20,000 nt of DNA, from the IMG/VR virus record IMGVR_UViG_3300050334_000070; one strand, given 5' to 3'. The notes under the pieces were generated by a model, which did no database searches, was not told where the DNA came from, and saw only the letters and a program-made list of their open reading frames with translations. Source of the DNA: an uncultured virus (IMG/VR IMGVR_UViG_3300050334_000070) (Duplodnaviria; Heunggongvirae; Uroviricota; Caudoviricetes). The position numbers were made by a program, and so were the translations under genes. Shown piece by piece: positions 1 to 6,240 of the stretch (the stretch's first letter is position 1; the number at the start of each line of letters is the position of its first letter).

Positions 1-78
1 CTCCGCGGCAGCCTTTGCCGCCTGCGCCCTTGTAATCCCCGTAAATTCTACCTCGATCCCGAATCTCGTTTCAAGCAT
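1..78 (-). CDS. Amidoligase family protein, N-terminal 26 aa (truncated by window edge; absent from ORF track)
   Basis: ATG at 78 with AGGAG RBS at 88-92; translates MLETRFGIEVEFTGITRAQAAKAAAE, matching the FGIE(I/V)E.TG start of phage COOH-NH2 amidoligases; typical position after DUF4314. Confidence 0.8.
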   Translation of the reverse strand, partial: MLETRFGIEVEFTGITRAQAAKAAAE

Positions 79-123
79 TGCGCTTTTCTCCTCGCTTTCC
101 TGTGTTTTCTGCCCTTTGGCAGT

Positions 124-157
124 GTACATTAGGCCATTGAAAACACAGGATAGCAAG
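124..157 (-). promoter_or_regulatory. Promoter-like motif CTTGCT-N20-TAATGTAC upstream of the amidoligase gene (copy 1)
   Basis: Same two boxes and spacing as the copy at 1527-1560; intergenic, upstream of an RBS. Confidence 0.6.
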
Positions 158-219
158 GCAATTCTGCATGAGTTTCTGCCGGATTTTCAACAATTTTTCG
201 CAGCGGGATTTGTGTACAT

Positions 220-450
220 TTAAAGCTTCCTGATCATGTCCGCGCCATAGGCCGCGCCGAGGGTTGAACCGCAGTCCCAATCCACAAAAATAGTCCCTAT
301 GTCATCAACAAATGAAACGGTGCCTTGATCTCCCGGTTTCAGCGCGGCGTACGGATCATCCATGCGGATGAGCTCCACGCGTGTCCCCGGCGGATATTCC
401 TCTCTCAGCCTTTGAACAATTTCTTTTGAAGGAAAGCCTCCTGCGCTCAT
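220..450 (-). CDS. DUF4314-type small phage protein
   Basis: YPPGTRVEL.RMDDPY...PGD.GTV..VDDIGTI.V.WD.GS.LG..YG.D signature; GGAGAGGA RBS. Confidence 0.85.
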   Translation of the reverse strand: MSAGGFPSKEIVQRLREEYPPGTRVELIRMDDPYAALKPGDQGTVSFVDDIGTIFVDWDCGSTLGAAYGADMIRKL

Positions 451-453
451 CTT

Positions 454-783
454 TTAATCCTCTCCTCCCGGATAATATGCGGCGTATTTGGGATAATCCG
501 TGCCGTCCGGCATCACCAGCACTCCGTCCGGCTGTCCCCGCCGCCGCACCAGCAGGCATTGCCATACCCCGTCTTCGTCAATGCGGCAAAGCCCCTTGTT
601 TTCCTCGATAAACCGGCGGCCGACACATAGATCGGCAATGAAGTTCTCATAGTCAATCTTTGAAAGCCCGATAGTTTTCACAACCGCAAAAGGCTTTTCC
701 TCCTTATGCGGATGCGGTTTTCTCAAATCCTCGATCGCAAACGGACGCCGCACAAAGAAGGCGGTGTTTTGAAAATCAGTCAT
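454..783 (-). CDS. Conserved hypothetical phage protein (start 783 or 789, not 1023)
   Basis: MTDFQNTAFFVRRP...DYENFIADL...GVWQCLLV...YPKYAAY; start overlaps the upstream stop at 776-778. Confidence 0.7.
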   Translation of the reverse strand: MTDFQNTAFFVRRPFAIEDLRKPHPHKEEKPFAVVKTIGLSKIDYENFIADLCVGRRFIEENKGLCRIDEDGVWQCLLVRRRGQPDGVLVMPDGTDYPKYAAYYPGGED

Positions 784-1450
784 CTCCATCCGCCGCCTTT
801 GCTCTGCCTTTCCGGTACGCCCCGTTGCCGGACAGCCTTGAAAGCAGCACCTTGCGCTCGGTTCTGAACTCATCCCCGATAAACCCCAGCCGGAGCAGGA
901 AGCAGCGGAAGGCATACTTTTCATTGTCCGCCGGTTTTTCGGCAGCCAGTACGCGCTTCTGCGCCTTGGCCTGTTCCGCCATCTGCCTTGCAAGCGTGAT
1001 ATATGTCTGCACCTCGTCGGCATTTAAAGTCGCATTCCAAAAAGGGAATGTGATTTCGCCGTTTTCAGCCGAAACTTCAATATTGCGCTCGACAGACAGC
1101 GCTTTCTTGAGCAGCGTTTCCTTGCTTGCCAGCAGGTTTTTAAGGTTTGCAAGGTTCGCCTCGCCAAAGCCGTGCAAAGCAAGCACAATCGTCATATTTC
1201 CCTCTGCGGACAGCCCGGCGATATTCATCGCGTCGATCACCGGCCTGACGCTTTTGATTTTGTCAAGGCCGATTTCCGGCGAATGCACCACGCTGTCCCT
1301 GTCAACCGTCCAGCCATCAGCTTCGTAGGTAAAGCCCGGCGCTCCGGCATAGCGCACCTGGCCTCCGAGGGCCTCGGCGATTATTGCGGCAATGACTTTC
1401 CTCTCCTGGCCGGCAACCTTCTGTGAAAAGCGGAAGCTGTTATTTCTCAT
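776..1450 (-). CDS. Phage protein of the type often annotated 'virulence-related protein'; amidoligase-like termini
   Basis: ATG 1450 with GGAGGGAGGT RBS at 1458-1467; C-terminal NEKYAFRCFLLRLGFIGDEFRTERKVLL motif. Confidence 0.7.
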   Translation of the reverse strand: MRNNSFRFSQKVAGQERKVIAAIIAEALGGQVRYAGAPGFTYEADGWTVDRDSVVHSPEIGLDKIKSVRPVIDAMNIAGLSAEGNMTIVLALHGFGEANLANLKNLLASKETLLKKALSVERNIEVSAENGEITFPFWNATLNADEVQTYITLARQMAEQAKAQKRVLAAEKPADNEKYAFRCFLLRLGFIGDEFRTERKVLLSRLSGNGAYRKGRAKAADGDD

Positions 1451-1526
1451 TCCGTACACCTCCCTCCGGAAAAGCTGAAATTGCTCTGATGATCATAAAA
1501 AATCCCACCTTTCTTCTTTTGGTGGG

Positions 1527-1560
1527 GTACATTAACGCTCTGTTTTGAGGGAAAAGCAAG
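1527..1560 (-). promoter_or_regulatory. Promoter-like motif CTTGCT-N20-TAATGTAC (copy 2)
   Basis: Plus strand GTACATTA 1527-1534 and AGCAAG 1555-1560; identical boxes and spacing to 124-157. Confidence 0.6.
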
Positions 1561-1567
1561 GACATTT

Positions 1568-2821
1568 TCAAGCGATCTGTGTTTCCGCATAAGGAATTTT
1601 TTCATCCCCGCGCAGCAGGAATGCTGCGTTATCCCCGAACTGGGAAACATAGCGCTTTGCAATCACATCGCAGTACTTCGGGTCAAGCTCCATCATGAAG
1701 CAGGCCCGCCCGGTCTGCTCAGCGGCAATCATTGTCGTACCGGAACCTCCGAACAAGTCCAGCGCCAAATCTCCCGCACGGGAACTGTTGAGCATGGCCT
1801 TTGCCACAAGCGAAACAGGCTTCATGGTCGGGTGCTCCTCCGACACTTTCGGGCGGGGTATCTCCCAGACATCCGACTGCTTGCGGTCTTTAAGCGGGCA
1901 TAGGCGCGTCCCCTCCAGCCATCCGTACCAGATCGGCTCGTACTGGGTATGATAGTCCTTGCGGGACAGCACCAGGCTGTCCTTTTTCCATATAATCGTG
2001 CTTGACCAGTGATACCCCGCCTCCCGCAGGACGTTCATAACGTTGCCCCATTCCTGGGCACTCATCACCACATAGGTCATGCAACCGGCCTCCGAAACCT
2101 CGCGCATGCAGCTAAAAGCGCGCAATAAAAAAGCGCCGAATTCCTCGGTGCTCATCCTGTCGTTTAGAATTTGCCTCGGTTTCCAGCTTGGATGCCTGGT
2201 ATCCGAGCCATAATCCACGTTCCACGGCGGGTCCGTAAACACAAACCGCGCCTTTTTGCCGTCCATCAGCAGCCGCACGTCCGGCAGGGAGGCGCTGTCG
2301 CCGCACATCAGACGGTGACTGCCAAGCATCCATATGTCGCCCCTTTGGGTAACCGGAGTTTTGATTTCCGCTGCCGCCTTTTCTGCATCGAAATTATCCT
2401 CTTTGACATTAGCGGTTGATTTATCACGGAACAACTCATCAATTTCCGCAGCATCAAACCCGGTAAGAGAAACGTCAAAACCATCTTCATTTAAATCCAT
2501 AAGCAGATCGGTCAAAAGCGGAATATCAAACTCGCCGCTGATTTTATTGAGCGCCACATTGAGCGCCTTTTCCCGCTGCTCGTCCAAATCAACCACAACG
2601 CAGTCGATTTCCTTGTATCCCAAGGCAGTCAATACCTTATGCCGCTGGTGGCCGCCGACGATATTCCCTGTTCGCCTGTTCCATATGACCGGCTCCACAT
2701 ATCCGAACTCCTCAATGGAGCGGCGAAGTTTTTCGTATTCAGAATCGCCCGGCTTTAAGTCCTTCCGCGGGTTATATTTTGCAGCTTTTAATTTTTCTGC
2801 AGGTATTTTCTGTATCTCCAT
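1568..2821 (-). CDS. ParB/Srx-domain, beta-class amino DNA methyltransferase (DPPW; probably N6-adenine)
   Basis: N-terminal YNPRKDL...GGHQR ParB-like domain; motif IV TDPPW precedes HPTMKP and motif I DLFGGSGTT. Confidence 0.9.
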   Translation of the reverse strand: MEIQKIPAEKLKAAKYNPRKDLKPGDSEYEKLRRSIEEFGYVEPVIWNRRTGNIVGGHQRHKVLTALGYKEIDCVVVDLDEQREKALNVALNKISGEFDIPLLTDLLMDLNEDGFDVSLTGFDAAEIDELFRDKSTANVKEDNFDAEKAAAEIKTPVTQRGDIWMLGSHRLMCGDSASLPDVRLLMDGKKARFVFTDPPWNVDYGSDTRHPSWKPRQILNDRMSTEEFGAFLLRAFSCMREVSEAGCMTYVVMSAQEWGNVMNVLREAGYHWSSTIIWKKDSLVLSRKDYHTQYEPIWYGWLEGTRLCPLKDRKQSDVWEIPRPKVSEEHPTMKPVSLVAKAMLNSSRAGDLALDLFGGSGTTMIAAEQTGRACFMMELDPKYCDVIAKRYVSQFGDNAAFLLRGDEKIPYAETQIA

Positions 2822-2826
2822 AAATG

Positions 2827-4125
2827 CTAATCCTCCAGTCTGACCGCTTTTTCGCCGGTGAAGTCCTCCCAGCGTTTAACCGCCAAATCGCAGTATACAG
2901 GCGATAGCTCCATCGCATAGCATTTACGCTCGGTCTGTTCTGCCGCGATGATAGTGGTGCCGCTGCCGGAAAACGGCTCCAGCACAATGCCTCCAAGATC
3001 AGAGTGCATTTTGATGCAGCGCCATGGAAGCTCCACAGGAAACATGGCCGGATGCTCCTTGTTTGCCCGGACAGTGGTCATCTCCCATATGCCCGCATAT
3101 CCCCACTTCTTTCGCTCCTCCTTGGTCAGCCGCTTCACGAATTTATAACTGTGCCCGGCGAACGCCGAGAGCCACATATACTCCTGATCGTTATATTCCT
3201 CTGCCTCGCCGTTATTGCTGAACGCCGAAACGTATTCATACTGCTGAACCGGCTTGTTTGAAACAAGGTGATAGGGTCCAACGCCGAAGTTTTGCCCTTG
3301 CTTCTTCCAAATACGGATCCATATAGGGCGAAAGCCGTTGTCCAAAAACATATTCACGCTGTAAACGCTGGTGGGCTCAATGAACTGGGAGCCGGTAGCA
3401 TAGAGATCACCTAAGTTCCAGCAGACAATATCCGCATGCCTGCACAGATTTTTGATCACCGGGCGGACGGTTTCAAACCACGGCTCAATTCCGGCCTTCT
3501 CATATTCTTTGCCTACACCGTATGGCGGGGAGGTAACTGCCACCTGTGCGTGACCTCCGTCCATGAGCTTTGCGAAGTCAGCCTCGCTCGTGGAGTCGCC
3601 GCACATCAAACGATGATTCCCGAGAAGCCAGATATCGCCCCGCTTTGATATTGGTTCGCGCTGCACGATTTCCTCGTGCGCCTTGTCTATGTCGAAGCTG
3701 TCCTGCACCGCTTCCTTGGAGTACCATCGGTTAAGCAGTTCGTCTATTTCAGAAGCGTCAAAACCGGTAAGCGACACATCGAATGCTCCTGCATCAAGCT
3801 CGGCCATCAGTTCTGCCAGCTTGTTTTCGTCCCACTCGCCCTGAATCTTGTTTAAAGCAAGATTGAGCGCTTTTTCCCTCTGCGGGTCAAGCTCCACTAC
3901 AACGCAGTCGATTTCGGTCTGCCCCAAATCCAGCAGCACCTTCAGCCGCTGGTGGCCGCCTACCACATTGCCGGTCTTCTTGTTCCAGATAACCGGCTCC
4001 ACATAGCCAAATTCCTCTATCGAGCGTTTAAGCTTTTCATATTCCTTGTCGCCGGGCTTTAAGTCCTTGCGCGGGTTGTATGCTGCAGGATTTAACATCT
4101 CAGCTTTGATTTTCTGTATGTCCAA
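2827..4125 (-). CDS. ParB/Srx-domain, beta-class amino DNA methyltransferase (SPPY; probably N4-cytosine)
   Basis: Likely TTG start at 4125 (MDIQKI, matching the paralogue's MEIQKI); ParB-like GGHQR; TSPPY, HPAMFP, EPFSGSGTT. Confidence 0.9.
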   Translation of the reverse strand: MDIQKIKAEMLNPAAYNPRKDLKPGDKEYEKLKRSIEEFGYVEPVIWNKKTGNVVGGHQRLKVLLDLGQTEIDCVVVELDPQREKALNLALNKIQGEWDENKLAELMAELDAGAFDVSLTGFDASEIDELLNRWYSKEAVQDSFDIDKAHEEIVQREPISKRGDIWLLGNHRLMCGDSTSEADFAKLMDGGHAQVAVTSPPYGVGKEYEKAGIEPWFETVRPVIKNLCRHADIVCWNLGDLYATGSQFIEPTSVYSVNMFLDNGFRPIWIRIWKKQGQNFGVGPYHLVSNKPVQQYEYVSAFSNNGEAEEYNDQEYMWLSAFAGHSYKFVKRLTKEERKKWGYAGIWEMTTVRANKEHPAMFPVELPWRCIKMHSDLGGIVLEPFSGSGTTIIAAEQTERKCYAMELSPVYCDLAVKRWEDFTGEKAVRLED

Positions 4126-4126
4126 A

Positions 4127-4678
4127 TCAACCACCTCTCCTTGCTGTCAGGAGTTTTTCCATCACATCGTCGTGCGGCGTTGCCCCTTTGTATTCACCGG
4201 CGCAGTTTTCGCGCACTACTTGGTAAATCTGATACCACAGGTTGTTGGCCTGCTTCATGAAGCTTTGACTCATAGCCACATAAGGCGACGGGATAGCGTT
4301 GCCGGTGGTCGGATGCTTGGCAAGAAAGCCAAATTCAGTGATACATTCCTCGCACTGGATCCACCGCGCCACACTCTGGGCATATTGCTCTATAAGCTGC
4401 GCAGGGATAAGATGAACACACCTGCGTTTCTTAAGCCACTGCCATGTTTTTTCGTATATTTCCACCGCCAATGTTGTTTTGCCGTTCTTCTGCTTTGCAG
4501 CAAGATAATCCCTCGGTGGCGGCATGCTCTCTCCTTCCAGTTCCGCAGCATCCGTAAACTCCATTACCATGAGCTTTCGTCTGCCGGGGTTTCCTTCCAA
4601 AATCTTATCCGCCAGAGGCTTTTTCTTCTGTCCTGCACCGATACGTGCCCCGCCGCGGTTGGTACCGTCCTTTGCCAT
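4127..4678 (-). CDS. Phage terminase small subunit, P27 family
   Basis: ATG 4678 after GAGGTG; MAKDGTNRGGAR.GAG.KKK...GNPG...HPTTG..I.SPYV motifs; directly downstream of HNH. Confidence 0.85.
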   Translation of the reverse strand: MAKDGTNRGGARIGAGQKKKPLADKILEGNPGRRKLMVMEFTDAAELEGESMPPPRDYLAAKQKNGKTTLAVEIYEKTWQWLKKRRCVHLIPAQLIEQYAQSVARWIQCEECITEFGFLAKHPTTGNAIPSPYVAMSQSFMKQANNLWYQIYQVVRENCAGEYKGATPHDDVMEKLLTARRGG

Positions 4679-4710
4679 ACACATCACCTCGATTCCTGTA
4701 AAAATAAACA

Positions 4711-4800
4711 GGGGATATACCCCGTTTGAAACTGCGATTTTTCGCGCGTGACCCCCCGCCCGTTGCACGAAACATAACCACCAGAGATTTTGACCCCCCT
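4711..4800. other. Candidate cos / packaging-initiation region
   Basis: Lies between HNH and terS; TGACCCCCC direct repeats at 4749-4757 and 4791-4799; GGGG-ATATA-CCCC palindrome at 4711-4723. Confidence 0.5.
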
Positions 4801-5158
4801 ACCGTCTTGCCCACCGCTCCCCTTCGCGGGCAGTAATCGATGAGTGGCATTGCTTACACAGGCTCATAAGGTTGCTGTCTGCATTGGTTCCGCCTTTGGA
4901 TAAAGGGATGATATGATGTACCTCTTCAGCTGGTGTAAGCCTTCCGTACTTTTGGCACTCCTGGCAAAGCGGATGTTCTGAGATATATCTGTCCCGGATG
5001 CGCTTCCATGTCCTGCCGTATCGTTTCCTTGTTTGAGGATCGCGCTCATATTTGTTGTAGTATGAGTCGGCTTGTTTCTGGTGTTTCTCGCAGTATCTTC
5101 CGTCCGTCAGCTCCGCACAGCCGGGATAGCTGCACGGGCGCTTGGGTTTTTTCGTCAT
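4799..5158 (-). CDS. Terminase-associated HNH endonuclease
   Basis: PC.YPGC...YCE.H, HPLCQEC, EVHHIIPLS.GG....NL.SLCKQCHS; adjacent to terS. Confidence 0.9.
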   Translation of the reverse strand: MTKKPKRPCSYPGCAELTDGRYCEKHQKQADSYYNKYERDPQTRKRYGRTWKRIRDRYISEHPLCQECQKYGRLTPAEEVHHIIPLSKGGTNADSNLMSLCKQCHSSITAREGERWARR

Positions 5159-5178
5159 AGTCCCATCTCCCATGCACA

Positions 5179-5214
5179 GAAAAAGCCCTCAGGGCGTTTG
5201 CCCAAAAGGCTTCT
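5179..5214 (-). terminator. Terminator-like hairpin in the late leader
   Basis: AAGCCUUUUGGGC-AAAC-GCCCUGAGGGCUU followed by UUUC on the minus strand. Confidence 0.45.
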
Positions 5215-5243
5215 GTGGCTTTAACATATTATTTCATGTTATC

Positions 5244-5289
5244 AGTATAGCACAGATGAAAACAAACAAACCGCCATCAAACCGCCATC
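5244..5289 (-). promoter_or_regulatory. Late promoter: extended -10 (TGcTATACT) with a tandem 11-bp activator repeat at the -35 position
   Basis: AAACCGCCATC at 5268-5278 and 5279-5289; TATACT at 5249-5244. Confidence 0.7.
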
Positions 5290-5291
5290 TT

Positions 5292-5744
5292 TTATTTGCC
5301 GAACAGCATCAGTGAAAGACGGGAAAGCGCCTTGCTTCTCAGGCGTTCAATCTGTCTTTCGCTGTAATTGAGCTCGCACTGAAGCCTTGAAGCCGCCCCG
5401 GAACGCTGATTGCCTGTCATGTAAAACTCACGCAGGATATGCTGTTCCTCATCTGTCAATGCGCCCCACGCCGGTTCAAACCAGCCCATGTATTCTATCG
5501 CCTGACGGTAGCGTTCCTGAAGCACGTCCAGCTTATCCAGAGACTCCGCCAGCGCTTCCTCTCCGCTTCGCGGGTTCCACACCCTCGGAAGGCCGGTTAT
5601 CTTAGCCGTCCGGGGACTGATCATCCGGTCGTAAAGTTCCTTTATTTCCTGTGGCGTAATGTTGATGACATTCCGCATGCTGTTGTAGTCCTTGATGGCG
5701 GCGATCGTCGCCGCCGGTTTGTCTATGTATCTCCACGCTATCAC
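5292..5744 (-). CDS. RinA/ArpU-like late transcriptional activator (C-terminal sigma70-r4-like HTH)
   Basis: GTG start 5744 with GGAGGT RBS at 5753-5758; LTDEEQHILREFY...L.YSERQIERLRSKAL..L; located between VRR-NUC and HNH/terS. Confidence 0.7.
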   Translation of the reverse strand: MIAWRYIDKPAATIAAIKDYNSMRNVINITPQEIKELYDRMISPRTAKITGLPRVWNPRSGEEALAESLDKLDVLQERYRQAIEYMGWFEPAWGALTDEEQHILREFYMTGNQRSGAASRLQCELNYSERQIERLRSKALSRLSLMLFGK

Positions 5745-6051
5745 GGGCGCCCACCTCCAAGTTTTCAAGAATGGATAAGCCGTTTATAACAGTTCTGACA
5801 TCCTCGACACTTGTAACATTGTAGGCCTCGCCCTTTGCAGCCTTGATTTTTCGCATCGTTGCTTCCTGAAGCTTTGTCAGCCTGCCGGACGCTGCTTTCA
5901 CCTCAAAGGCGACAAACCTGCCTTTAATGCAGCAGATGATGTCCGGCAAGCCGGCTGTGCCGTACATGCCGCCATGCTCCTTCCAGCAGAAGCATTCCGG
6001 CACAGACTTTAAATACCTCATGATTGCGGACGTAATTTCCTTTTCCGCCAT
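5602..6051 (-). CDS. VRR-NUC domain nuclease (core about 95 aa, with an extended overlapping tail)
   Basis: E.EI...I...L; GLPDII; FVAFEVK..GRLTKLQ, a PD-(D/E)xK motif. Confidence 0.88.
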   Translation of the reverse strand: MAEKEITSAIMRYLKSVPECFCWKEHGGMYGTAGLPDIICCIKGRFVAFEVKAASGRLTKLQEATMRKIKAAKGEAYNVTSVEDVRTVINGLSILENLEVGARDSVEIHRQTGGDDRRHQGLQQHAECHQHYATGNKGTLRPDDQSPDG

Positions 6052-6067
6052 AATTTCACCTCATTTT

Positions 6068-6238
6068 TTTGACGGGTTTGACAGGAAATCCACATACCTT
6101 TATATATATTTCATTTTTTCTCTATACCTATCTAATCCCTGGTTTCATGCAAAAGAAAAGGAAAAAACCCGTCAAATCCGTCAGAAGCAAGCTGTAGTAA
6201 GGTTTTCGCTGGTCTTAAACCCGTCAAAGGCCGTCAAA
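6068..6238. repeat. Iteron-like repeats, putative replication origin
   Basis: AAACCCGTCAAA at 6068-6079 (reverse), 6165-6176 and 6217-6228, plus shorter C(C/T)GTCA copies around an AT-rich core; directly after the primase-helicase. Confidence 0.7.
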
Positions 6239-6240
6239 AA

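Noticed and set aside
784..1023. N-terminal extension of ORF 454..1023, and similar extensions of terS (to 4768), PolA (to 11163) and SNF2 (to 13959)
   Set aside because: They overlap upstream genes or regulatory DNA, and better-placed downstream starts exist
1568..5158. Restriction-modification system (two MTases plus HNH)
   Set aside because: The HNH has the terminase-associated signature and position; no restriction endonuclease is evident
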